Of a stretch of DNA of 64,000 nucleotides, positions 24,218-36,189 are shown in pieces (position 1 is the first letter of the stretch; each line of letters starts with the position of its first letter). The translations under genes were made by a program, and so were the position numbers. Below the pieces are notes generated by a model that saw only the letters and a list, made by a program, of their open reading frames with translations, was not told the origin of the DNA and searched no databases. Origin of the DNA: Narcine bancroftii (taxonomy: Eukaryota); NCBI RefSeq assembly GCF_036971445.1, contig NC_091474.1, positions 123,938,001 to 124,002,000 of the forward strand. Reading direction: 5' to 3'.

Positions 24218-25649
24218 TGTTGGAATATAGGGGTTAATTAATCATAGAAAATATGTAGAATATATGCTTATGTACTTTTCAGTTTGTATACATGAATCCA
24301 GTACTATGTAACAATTTAATATTTACCTCATGGTGAAGGGAAAGAGTAATGTAAGTAAGGGCGTGCCACAGTATGTAGCAAAGTTGGCTGATTACAGTAG
24401 GTTTAGAATTGCCTGCTCCCAAAATACAAAAGAGAGGATATGTATGAAACAATTTAGTAGGAATGTTAATAGGCAAAAGGAGGTGTTGATTAACACAAAC
24501 AAAAAGAATCCTGACAGAGACTGTCAGAAACAAAGAGAATGAATCAGTAAGAAGGCTAAGACAGAAGGAGGTGTTGAGTAGAACACCTCTCTTCTTTGTC
24601 TTGGCTTCGCGGACGAAGATTTATGGAGGGGGTAAAAAGTCCACGTCAGCTGCAGGCTCGTTTGTGGCTGACCAGTCCGATGCGGGACAGGCAGACACGA
24701 TTGCAGCGGTTGCAAGGGAAAATTTGTTGGTTGGGGTTGGGTGTTGGGTTTTTCCTCCTTTGCCTTTTGTCAGTGAGGTGGGCTCTGCGGTCTTCTTCAA
24801 AGGAGGCTGCTGCCCGCCAAACTGTGAGGCGCCAAGATGCACGGTTTGAGGCGTTATCAGCCCACTGGCGGTGGTCAATGTGGCAGGCACCAAGAGATTT
24901 CTTTAGGCAGTCCTTGTACCTTTTCTTTGGTGCACCTCTGTCACGGTGGCCAGTGGAGAGCTCGCCATATAATACGATCTTGGGAAGGCGATGGTCCTCC
25001 ATTCTGGAGATGTGACCCATCCAGCGCAGCTGGATCTTCAGCAGCGTGGACTCGATGCTGTCGACCTCTGCCATCTCGAGTACCTCGACGTTAGGGGTGT
25101 GAGCGCTCCAATGGATGTTGAGGATGGAGCGGAGACAACGCTGGTGGAAGCGTTCTAGGAGCCGTAGGTGGTGCCGGTAGAGGACCCATGATTCGGAGCC
25201 GAACAGGAGTGTGGGTATGACAACGGCTCTGTATACGCTTATCTTTGAACCAACTGAAAAACCTCAGAACACCTCTACACCCCAGATAAATGCAGAGCAG
25301 GAAATTACGTGATAAATCTTATGCAAGAAATCTAGCAAAGAAAGCCAACTTTTGTTCCGTATGATAATGAAATCTAGCAAAGGAAGCCAACTTTTGTTCT
25401 GTATGATAAGGTTGAGCTATATAAACTGTAGAGACTGGACAGTAGAGGTCAGTCTTGGGGAATAGCGCACTGTGCAAGTGAACTATGAACTAATGACTGA
25501 ACCAGAACTCTGTTAAGTTTTATTCTTGTGCTGTGTAATAAACTGATTGTTGAACCGAATACTTTCTCCTATCACTTCATTTAACGAACACGCTGGACTC
25601 AGATGACACATAGACTAAATTAAGGGTAGGGTAAAGCCAGAGTCCGACA
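24218..25649 (+). mobile_element. Solo LTR of a third family inserted in ERV gag (contains an RTE)
   Basis: TGTTGG...CCGACA ends, TSD GATG (24214-24217 / 25650-25653), TATATAAA near 25418, AATAAA near 25537, and an internal direct repeat of GAAATCTAGCAAAG.AAGCCAACTTTTGTTC.GTATGATAA. Confidence 0.88.
24591..25265 (-). mobile_element. 5'-truncated RTE LINE with an 18-bp 5' inversion
   Basis: Same ORF end as 8341-8769. 11-bp TSD AGAACACCTCT (24580-24590 / 25266-25276). Confidence 0.93.
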
Positions 25650-25671
25650 GATGGAAGCAGATTATGAATAG

Positions 25672-26659
25672 GGGGGGGTCACGTTTCTCAGTCAATACAC
25701 ACCATGGGGCTGTACAGAGAACCATTGGTAAATTTAAGCATAGAACCCCACATTGACAAGATGACCTTTTTAGTAGATTCTGGGGCAGCCCGGTCTAGTA
25801 TTTTACAACCACCCGAGGGTGTTAAGATAGAGGGGACAGTGATGATTTCGGGAGTAGGAGGAAGAGATTTTACGGTCCCTATATTAAGGGATGTAAGAAT
25901 ACAAATGGGAGAGAAGATAGTAACGGAGGACATTCTACTAGTTCCCCAAGCTGGAGTTTGTTTGTTAGGACAAGATTTACAGGACCAATTGGCTATCGGC
26001 ACCAGACCACAGGAATCAGGTATCAGGGTTCAATTGTATGTATTAACCAAGGAGGATCGGGAACTAATAAATCCAGGAGTATGGGCAAAAAGAAGCAATA
26101 GAGGAGTGTTAGATATTCCTCCCCTGCAAGTTACTTTAAAAAATCCTGAGCAAGTAATTAGATGAAAGCAGTATCCAATTCCGATGGCTGGCCGAAAGGG
26201 GCTGCCGCCAGTAATTGACCAGTTGGTGAAAGATGGTATACTCGAACCTTGTATGTCACCTTTTAATACAATACCCCTACCCCTGAGGCGAACGACCAGT
26301 ACATATCCAAATATTTAAAGGGACTTTCTGCCTCTCTATACGAATTAAAACGGAAGGGTTTATTAGGTCAAAACCAACCCCTGGAGCATCCTATTCATTT
26401 TATTAAATCTGGTGATTGGGTATATGTAAAAGCATGGCAAGATCACCAACTAAAATCTGTCTGGGACGGCCCCTATTATGTACTTTTGATTACAGACACT
26501 GCAGTGCGAACAAAAGAAAAGGGGTGGACTCACATAGAACGAATTAAACAAGCTGCTGATCCACGGACTAAAGACATTGATAATCTACCCTCCACCTGGC
26601 GTGCAGTCCTTCATCCTTCTGATCTGAAAGTTGCACTACGCTGGGAAAAAGTGCTGTAA
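25672..26659 (+). pseudogene. pol: ERV pro-pol remnant: protease, RT N-terminus, large deletion, integrase C-terminus
   Basis: FLVDSGA...LLGQDL (protease), QYPIP...ILEPCMSPFNT (RT start), then IKSGDWVYVKAW...WDGPYYVLLITDTAVR (GPY/F integrase tail). Confidence 0.88.
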
Positions 26660-27757
26660 TGTTTTTACCATTTGCTGTTTTGTTTACTTGTTGGTTCCCA
26701 ATTTTTGGGAAATCACTAAATTGCTCACAATGTATTAAGTCCTCCTGGAATAGGGGCAGCAGAGGTGACAATTATTTACCTTTAGAATGCAGACAGGGCA
26801 CAGGTATAGAGTATAGTCATAGTGGGGTACCTTATTTAGTATGGGTTAATATAGGATCCCAACATGGACCAGGGAAGCAGATCGGCCCTAGGGGTGTAGA
26901 TTTGATTTGTATTTCGGCCTCTACAGGTATTAAAAAGAGGAGTTTTAAAGAGATAGCACAAAGAAGATGGTGGGGCAATGACAGACAGAATGTTAGTCAG
27001 GATTGTACATATGCTAATGTTCACAGACAGGCTGCAACTCACAGGTTCAGTGATACTTATGCTAATGTTCACAGACAAGCTGCAACTCACAGGTTAAGTG
27101 ACAAGAAACACCCCTCCCCAACTTGGTCTCCTGTAAATCATCCTTTGGGTCACACAGACATTCGGAATGTTAAGAACCACCACTGTAAGGGGAGTTCCAG
27201 TTGTAAACGACATAAGCTGCTCCAGAACACCACAGCTGTTTGGCATTTAAATCGTTTAATCAGACTCCAGCCTTGGAGATCATCACCGAACAGTGATGGC
27301 CCTGAATTTATGGGCTGAAGTAAGACGACAGATACGAGCCACAGTTCAACAAAACCGCCTGGCTCTCGATTACCTGTTGGCTGCTGAAGGCAATGTTTGT
27401 GAAAGACTGGTTAAGGACAATGCTCACAACGGTCAGGCGGTTAAAGACACTTCTTCAGGAGTTCGAAAATCTTCCCATGCCCAGGTTCAGACTTGGCAAC
27501 TTCGGTCCAGTGTGGGATGGACTAGACTTTTTATTGGTAACTGGAGTCTGATACCCACAGCCCTTATAGCAGCTGGACTCGCTATTCTGGCCATTATGGT
27601 GCTCCCCTGCCTAAAGACGTGTGCAGTATTTAATTCAATGGACCCCTCATCAGATCACTAAACCCAAAGGATGTATGTTTCCCAAATTCTGTCTGATGAT
27701 GCTGAGACTGCAGTTCGTTTACTGACTCGTTGGGAAATAGACCAAGTTTACAAGTAA
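26659..27757 (+). pseudogene. env: Short ERV env (ERV3/HERV-R-like TM), frameshifted
   Basis: Signal peptide MFLPFAVLFTCWFPIFG, LNRLIRLQ, immunosuppressive domain QQNRLALDYLLAAEGNVC, HAQVQTW, and a hydrophobic TM ending LPCL. Confidence 0.87.
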
Positions 27758-28650
27758 TACATTCCAGTTGAGAATTCACGAAGCATAGCTAAAAGAAAAG
27801 TGAGGATTGTGAGAGGTGAGTAAAACTAATATGAAAATATGAAAGATGAGGAAACTAGTATGGATATATGTGTAATGAATAAAGCCAGTATGAATAGGAT
27901 AAGGGTAGATAATAGAATGTAGAAAAGTAAAGTTAGTCTGAATAAGATAAGGGTCTTCTAGCCTTTAGACAGAATTAGCAAGTTCTGCATGTAAGATGTT
28001 AGTAAGCCCTGAGAGTCAGGAATGTGTGAATAAGGACAATGACATGATGTAACACCCCCCTGGTCCTCCAAGTTCACAGAAACAGCACATAGGCAGACAG
28101 GATTGCCTAATGCCAAACTCATCCAGGAGGCAGAAGAATGTAAGGGGGAGGGTACTTCTAAACTGAAATAAACTGTATAAAAGTTGGGTGAGCCCCAGTG
28201 TATGTGTGTATTCCCAGGGTAAGGGGAAGCACCCAACTTTGCATTGTTGTTTAATAAATGTTCTTTGTTCTCAATTTTTGTCTTGAGCAAATTCTGTGAA
28301 GGTACTTCTGTTTCTCATAGATGTTAACCCTAACCCTAATGTGTAAGACATTCGTGAGGTAAAATTTGGAGTATGGTGTGTACTCACAAGGCTTACATTC
28401 CCATTAGAGACGAACTTTGTTGCATCGGACAGTGTGTATTGAGAGGTTGCAGATTGGTGATATCACAAAGATTGAGACCGAAGATCGTATCCTTAGCGCA
28501 TGAAGACACCTAGGTATTGTTGGCACCAAGCAAAACCTCAGAACCAAGGTATGGTGGCCAAGTTGTGATAAAGACGCAGAGAAATTTGTTAAAACTTGTC
28601 ACGGATGTCAAATCACAAGTAGGAGTAATCCGCCAGAACCGATCCGGAGT

Positions 28651-29664
28651 ATGCATCTTCCGACAGGACCATGGATCGACGTAGCTGTTGATTTTCTTGG
28701 ACCTTTACCGACAGGTGAATCAATTATGGTAGTGATAGATTACTACAGCAGATACTATGAGTACGTGGTGTTGAAGTCCACAACCACTGAAAAAACAATA
28801 CAAACATTAGCAGAGATATTTGCAAGATATGGATTACCTGTTACATTATACTCTGACAATGGTCCACAATTCATTTCAGAGACATTTGCGGAATACACGA
28901 GGACCACAGGTATCCACCATCATAAAGTAACTCTGAAATGGCCGCAAGCCAACAGAGAAGTAGAGAGACAAAATCAGTCCATTGAAAAACGATTGAGGAT
29001 TGCACACGCAGAAGGACAAAATTGGCGAGAAGCATTGCTATCTTATGTGGCTGTCTATCGAGCAACGCTTCATGCAACCACTGGAAAAAGTCCTGCAGAA
29101 GCATTTTTTGGGAGAAAAATCCGCACAAAAATGCCAGAAATAAAGGAAATCCGAGACGACCAGGAGATGAGGGACCACGATGCTGAAAAGAAAGGTGCAG
29201 CAAAGCTGTACACAGATTCGAAACGTGGAGCCAAGTATTCAGACATCATGCCAGGAGATAATGTTCTAGTGAGGCATGAAACTGGTGGTAAGCTAGACAC
29301 ACCTTATTACCATCAACCCTATACTGTCGTATCCAGAAGTGGCAGTATGGTGACAGTCAAGTCTCCGACTGGAGTCCTGTATAAGAGAAATGTATCAAGT
29401 GTAAAAAGGTACCAGTCCAGAGATACATCGAGTGAAGAGGTTGAAAGGCCAATACGAGATGCTGAAACAGAGAGACCTGATGATGTTCCAGAGGCAGTTA
29501 CCAGCACTCCTGATGAAGTGACTAGAGCGCCAGAAACACCCGAAGCCGAGGCGAGCAGTATTTCCGACGCTGAGAGTGAACAACCGAGAAGTGACGACAA
29601 TATCGCAGGCAGGCCGAAACGAAACCGGAAAGTGCCCAAACGATACGAAGACTTTGTGCCATAG
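28651..29664 (+). CDS. Gypsy-type integrase core and C-terminus ORF (337 aa) in a pol fragment starting near 28390
   Basis: VAVDFLGP, IDYYSRY, SDNGPQF, ANREVERQN (DDE triad present). The upstream HHCC region (VWWP...CHGCQ) is frameshifted. TE-derived; expression not shown. Confidence 0.75.
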   Translation: MHLPTGPWIDVAVDFLGPLPTGESIMVVIDYYSRYYEYVVLKSTTTEKTIQTLAEIFARYGLPVTLYSDNGPQFISETFAEYTRTTGIHHHKVTLKWPQANREVERQNQSIEKRLRIAHAEGQNWREALLSYVAVYRATLHATTGKSPAEAFFGRKIRTKMPEIKEIRDDQEMRDHDAEKKGAAKLYTDSKRGAKYSDIMPGDNVLVRHETGGKLDTPYYHQPYTVVSRSGSMVTVKSPTGVLYKRNVSSVKRYQSRDTSSEEVERPIRDAETERPDDVPEAVTSTPDEVTRAPETPEAEASSISDAESEQPRSDDNIAGRPKRNRKVPKRYEDFVP

Positions 29665-30019
29665 TTTTAATAAAAACTTTGGGACAGTATTTTAATCTTA
29701 TATCATAAAGTGCATGTATGAGTGCTGTAGGAAGTAAATTTTATGTAGTTGAGTTATAGTATTACCTTACAGTGATGATCCTATTTTATTCAAACAGAAG
29801 CTCGTAATAGAGTATATTATTAACATCACATTTAACTCTGAGAATCTTTTTTCCTGTGGGCCAGGAAAACTTTCAGCTTATCAGTAATGCTAAAACACTG
29901 TGTTCAAGAATAGATATGTGTACAAAAGAGAGAAATGTAAACAAGAAGACAGTGGAAACAAACTGTGCAATACAGAAAATAAATATTCAATAATAAATAA
30001 GTAAGAGTCCTTAAATGAG

Positions 30020-31300
30020 TTTCTAATTGAGTTGGTTGTTCCGGAGCCGGATGGTGGAGGAGTAACAACTGTATGACTTCATGATGATGTTCATGTGTTG
30101 GTTCCAGGAAAGATCCTCCGAAATAGTGACACCAAGAAATTTAAATTTGCTCACCCTCTGCACCTCTGATCCCTCAAACCTCACTGAAATTATGGAGGAG
30201 ATGCTCTCACCAATTCTCATCGATTGTGGTCTTGAGATGAGGAAATGTAGGATCTAATTGCAGGGTTTGGAATTTGCTGATCAGTTTTGAGTGGATGTTG
30301 ATTTTGAATAAAGAGCCTCCTGATGTTTGCATCTTTACTCTCCAGGTATTTTTGAGCATTGTGTAGAGCCAGTGAGATGAGAACTGGCACAGACCTGTTG
30401 CTGAGGTGGGAAAATTAGAACAGATGCACATCGCCACTCAAACAGGAGCTGATATGTTTCAACTCCAGCCTTTCTAAAACGTCATCACTGTGCAGGTGAG
30501 TGCCTCTGGTCAGTCGTCATTTAGGCAGGTTATCACCCTCTCCTTGGGCAAAGGTACAATATAGACCTGTCTGAAACTGGTAGAAATCACACCCTGCCAG
30601 AGTGAGATGTTGAAGATATCCGTGAATACATTGGCGTGTTGGTTAGCACAAGTTTTTAGTACTCGGCCTGTAGTCCATCTGCACTGGATGCTTTCCTTGG
30701 ATTTACTCTTCAGAGGATCATCAGAAGACATGGGGAGTGGGTTTCCTCGGTCTGGTGGTCAAAATGGGTGGAGAAGGCATTGAGTACATCTGGGAGTGAA
30801 GCTTTGCTGTCTCCTACTGCAGCAGATTTGGTTTTATAGCAAGTGATGTCATTAAGAATCTGCCACAGCTGTTGAGTGTCCTTCATTGTTTCCATTTTGT
30901 CTGGAATCTCCACTTCACACGGGAGATGGCTTTTTGGAGGACATACCTTGTGTAGTGTTCTGGATATCCAGTCTGAAATGCATGTGATCTGGCGATCAGC
31001 AGGTTCTGGATTTCATTGTTAATCCAGGGCTTTTGTTTAGGGAAAACCCTGAATGATTTGGTGTGGACAAACTCTGAACAGCTGATTTGATAGAGTCTGT
31101 AACGGCCCTTGTTTAATCATTCATATCCTCATTTGAGTTCTTGAACACATCCCAATGCACTCGAGGCAGTCCTGTCAGTGTTTTCTATCTTCCTGCAACC
31201 ACCTTTTAGCTGTCTGGTCTCTGGAGCCTTTTTTATGGCTGTCTGTATGGAGGCAGAAGGAGCACAGCCAGGTGATCTGACTTGCCAAAATGAGGGGTTC
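30020..31300 (-). mobile_element. Degenerate Rex1/Babar LINE
   Basis: KFLGVTISEDLSW, VLKTCANQ...VFTDIFNISL...IVPLPK...CLND, and SLPDVLNAFSTHFD. Confidence 0.8.
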
Positions 31301-31469
31301 GGGAGAGAATGGTTGGCCTTTCTTATTCCTGGATTGAAGGAAGCTGTGGTGTGGTAAAGGGCATCACATTGGGAGAAGTAGGGATTAGGTTAATGGACAG
31401 AGAAGTTTCCCATGGAAATGGTATCTAAAACCAGAGGGAATGGGTTAAAGGTGAGAAGGTGGAGGTTTA

Positions 31470-34400
31470 TTTTTTAAAACTTTCTTTAAAATTTTCAAAT
31501 TACATAAAAACAATACATAAAATTAATAATAAAATAAACTAAACTAAAACAATATAAACCCACCCCACCCTCAGCATACCCCTCAAGGGGAGCAAAAAAA
31601 AATTATCAATCAACTACAAACATAAATTATATAATATCTTAAGATATTTCTAAACCCTTACATTCCAGATAAGATGACCACATTTGAACAAAAAAAGAAT
31701 AATTATCATGCAAATTATAAGTATTTTTTTCCATATAAATACAAGATCTCAATTCATTGTGCCAACGATTCAAATTTATTTCTACATCATCTTTCCAAGT
31801 AATTGCAATACACTACTATGCTACTGCTAATGCTAGACGACCAAAAGCTATCTGAAATTTGTCCAGCCCCAAACTAGTCAGTGAAACAATATAACCCAAC
31901 AAGAAAATTTCTGGATCTAATGGCAATTTAATCCTAAATAACTTTTCAAAAAATACTTTAATTTTTTCCCAAAATGGTTGGACTTTATTACAAAGCCAAA
32001 CTACATGTAAAAATGTTCCAAAATGTAACCCACATTCTAAAACATAAATCCGAATGACTAAATCCATATTTTTTTCAATTTCTCAAGGGTCAAATACAGC
32101 TGATGTAAAAAATTATAATTAACCAAACTATATCTTACATTAAGTAATTTAGTCATCCCATATTGGCACATCACTTCCCAGTCCTCTTGAGTTATATCAT
32201 AAGGTAAGTCACCTTCCCATTTATTTCTAGATTTATTTAAATTTGGTTTATTCATATTATCTTGCAACAAAGCATACATATCTGAAATAAAGCCCTTTTT
32301 TAATATATGCAAAATCAAAAACTCAAATTTCGTTAATTTGGTAATTCCATTTCTCTTCCATAATGATTTCTTAACAAAGCTTGAATCTGATAATATACAA
32401 ATAAGTAATTAACTGATATTCCAAATATTTCTCTAAATCGATTAAAAGAAAGAAACTGTTCTTCTTCAAAACAGTCTTGCACCACTTTTATTCCTTCAGA
32501 TTCCCATGCCCTTAAATACTTATTATTCATCGTAAAAGAAATAACACTATTTTGGTACAATGTAGCCTGAATTGATATCTTACACTTCGAACTTATAACA
32601 GAATTCCTTTTAGTCCAAATTCCTAATAAATGTTTTAAAACAGGCATGTTATATCCCTGTGATAAACCAGAGTCCCACTTAAATACAAACTGATGGACCT
32701 GAGAGTCAGAAATACAAGCTAATTCCATTTTAGTCCAACTAGGAGGTTGTATAATGTCCAACATTTTATTAATAAATTTTAATTGTGCGGTTTCATAATA
32801 ATTTTGGAAATGGGGTAATTGAAGTCCTCATAAAGCATATTTCCACATCAATTTCTGTAATGCTACTCTTGCTAACTTCTCCTTCCATAAAAACTTCTGT
32901 ACTGCCATATTCAAATCTTGAAAAAAATATTTTTGGAAGTTAACAAGGAATTGATTGGAAAAGATATTGAATATGTGGAAAAATATTCATTTTAATACAA
33001 TTTACCTGACCTATTAATGACAATGGAAGATCTTTCCATTTAATCAAATCCATCTTAATATTTTTCAATAATGGTACATAATTTATATAACAATTGATAT
33101 TTTGCATCAATCATTACTTCAAAATATTTAATTTTATCAGGCCATCGTAATTTTGTAATCCATTTACATTCATTGTAATCTCCATCTGAAATTGGCAATA
33201 TCTCACTTTTATCCCAGATTACTTTATTTCCAGACAAAACACCATATTGCTCCAGACATTCTTGCAAATGTTTTAAAGATTGTTCTGGGTAAGTTAAATA
33301 TATCAATACATCATCAGCAAACAAATGAATCTTATATTCCTCATTTGTAATTCTTATCCCTTTAATATTATCATTTTGTCTGATTGCTTGTGCCAATGGC
33401 TCTATGACCAATGCAAATAAGGTTGGTGACAATGGACAACTTTGATGTGTTGATCATGTTAGTTTAAATGGCAAAGAAGTTTGGCAATTTATCACCACCC
33501 TAGCAACTGGATTTTTATATGATGCCTTAACCCAACCAATAAAAAATGACCCAAACTTAAATTTTTTCCATTTTAATTAAAAGATTCCACTCAACTCGAT
33601 CAAATGCTTTTTCTGCGTCAACTGCGACCACCATTGGTAGGTTGGGTTGCTGACTCGATGCATTGATCAATGTTATCATTCTAAGAATATTATGAGAAGC
33701 ATATCTATTCTTTATGAAACCTGCCTGATCAGCATGTACTAATTGAGGTAAATATTTGGCAAGTCTATTCACCAGTATTTTTGCTATTACCTTATAGTCT
33801 ACATTTAATAAAGAAATTGGGCGATATGAGGCCACATTCAACAGATCTCTATCTTTCTTTGGTATTACTGTAATTATCGCACTTGAACAAGATTCTGGTA
33901 ATGATTTTTCATCCATTATTTGTAGAAGTACATCTAAAAATATAGGAGACAAATCATCATAAAACACCTCATAAAACTCAACAGTAAATCCACCATCTCC
34001 TGGAGATTTCCCATTTGGCGTCTCCTGTATAGTTTGCTTAATCTCAACATCTGTAAATGGAGATTTCAATTCTTTCACATCCTGTTTTCCTAACACTAGC
34101 AAATCTAATTCAGATAAAAAATTCAAAAGAACCATTATCTCAAACCCCCTCAGAAGTATACAATTTTTGATAAAATGATCAAAATTGATCATTAATTTCC
34201 TGTGGTTTATAGGTAATTGTTGAATTTCTTTTCACAGCATTAATAGTTCTCGAAGCCTGTTCTGTTTTCAATTGCCAAGCTAACACTTTGAGCTCTATCA
34301 CCTAATTCATAATAACGCTGCTTAGATCTCTGAATTAAATGCTCATATTGATAAGTTTGCAATGTATTATAATGTAATTTCAACTTAGTTAATGTAGCCT

Positions 34401-35823
34401 TTTTATCTTCATTCCAGTCTTTCTGGAACTCTTTTGCCAACTCAGTTATCTGTTTCTCCAATGTCAAACCTTCTGATAAACACTTCATTTTTTCCTTTGC
34501 TGAATAACTAATAATTTGGCATCCCATAAAATGAAATTACTCCGCACAGATTTCGTATTTATATTCAAAAAAGAAGAAATTTGTTCTTTAATACAACTAA
34601 CAAACTCGAGCTTCTTCAATAGCATAGCATTAAATCTCCAACGATAAGTTGACTGCATAACCTCAGATCCAGCCCTTGATATAGTAACATAGAGTGATCA
34701 GACACAACCCTACTCTTATTCATCCTGATTAATTCGAGCTTGAAGATAAGCAGATGCCAAAAACAAATCTATTCTAGAAAATGAATCATGTCTAGATGAA
34801 TAAAACAAAAAAATCTTTCTCTTTTGGATTTAATCTCCTCCAGATCTCAACTAAATTCAGATCTTTCATAAAAGACGTCAATTGCACAGCCATCTTCGAT
34901 TTCTCTACACTTTTCGGAAATTTATCCAATAATGGATCTAAAATACAATTAAAATCCCCTTCAACTAAAATGTTTTCCTTAGCCTGATTTAATGTCAGAA
35001 AAGCTTCAGATATAAATCGTTCATCATCTACATTAGGTGCATAGACATTCAACGAAGTCCATGGTCTGCAAAATATTCACCATTAAAACTCAACCCGCTG
35101 TCTCAAAAAAAGATTCCAATTCAAACGGTATTTTCTTATGAACCAAAATCGCCACTCCTCATACTTTAGAATTAAAAGAAGAAGCAATTACATGTCCTAC
35201 CCTATTTCTCTTCAATTTTAAATGTTCTTTTACAGTTAAATGTGTTTCTTCCAAAAAAGCAATATCAACCTTCATCTTTTTAATATAAGCCAACACACTT
35301 TATGCTTAATCGGATTATTCAATCCCTGTACAGTAAGTCGCAACATTTAAATTAGACATTTTATACTAAAAGAAATTCTGTTAATTTCACAATTCACACG
35401 TATATAACAAAAAAGTTCCCCTTGATCAAATAATAAAAAAAGACTCTAAAAGAAAATACAAAAAAACTTCTGCAATATAAAAAACACAGAAGAAAAGAAC
35501 TCCCCAAAACTACACCAATGTAGTAATTCCCCAATTAACTGGGTGTGCTAAAAAATTCCCATTTCTCTTATCAGACATCCTCCTCTTAGGTGACAATGGT
35601 CGTACAGCTCCTTGCATATCTGGTAAAGAATTAGCAAAAATTAATGCATCATGATCACTCTCAAAAAACTGAGATTGAAAGTTCCCATAGAAAACTTTGA
35701 ACACGGCAAACTTGTACCCTTTTCTCTGCAACACTTCTTTTGTTGAATTAAATTCCTTACTCCTCTTAATAATCTCCTGACTCAAATCAGCATAGGAAAA
35801 ACTCTATTGCAGATAAATTCTAT
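31470..35823 (-). mobile_element. 5'-truncated degenerate L1-clade LINE (ORF1 C-terminus plus ORF2), inserted in a CR1 fragment
   Basis: NVYAPN...GDFN (endonuclease), KSPGDGGF, YRPISLLNVDYK, DAEKAFDRVEW, FADD (RT). 10-bp TSD TGGAGGTTTA (31460-31469 / 35824-35833). Confidence 0.92.
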
Positions 35824-36189
35824 TGGAGGTTTAAAGAAGATCTGAGGAGGTGCTGGAGGCAGGAGCAGTGACAACATTTCAGAGGCAGCTGAACAAATAC
35901 TGGAATGAGAAGGACATTGGGGGACATGCAATTAATGCAGGCAGGTGGGATTGGTGTGGATCTGGGTAATTGATAGAATAGACATGGTGGGCTGAAGGGC
36001 TATTTGTTTTCCAACTTCTATGAAGAGTCTCCACCCCTAGCTGCAGTGGCTTTGGATGCCAGGGACTTCAGCTTGAAGCTTGCCACACAGAATTCCTTGG
36101 CCCAAGAGATGACCCATGTTCCCACTTTTACCAAACTGTTGGCCATTTCTGCTGATATTTCCCCACAATAATTCACCTATTCCCCACAT

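Larger units (their letters stand above)
23101..25671 (+). pseudogene. gag: ERV gag: frameshifted, capsid deleted, interrupted by a solo LTR
   Basis: MGG start at 23101, PPPY late motif, PLREVPMGGGLGFVNVPLTSTEV, zinc knuckle CYHCKKEGHFKRECP, and an amber stop TAG followed by a G run at 25669 (read-through-type gag-pol junction). Confidence 0.85.
22348..28319 (+). mobile_element. Deleted class-I (gamma/epsilon-like) endogenous retrovirus, provirus 1; LTRs 22348-22868 and 27808-28319
   Basis: Paired LTRs, 4-bp TSD GATG (22344-22347 / 28320-28323), tRNA-Pro PBS, PPT AAAAGAAAAGTGAGGA (27791-27806), and gag, pro, integrase-tail and env remnants. Confidence 0.95.
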
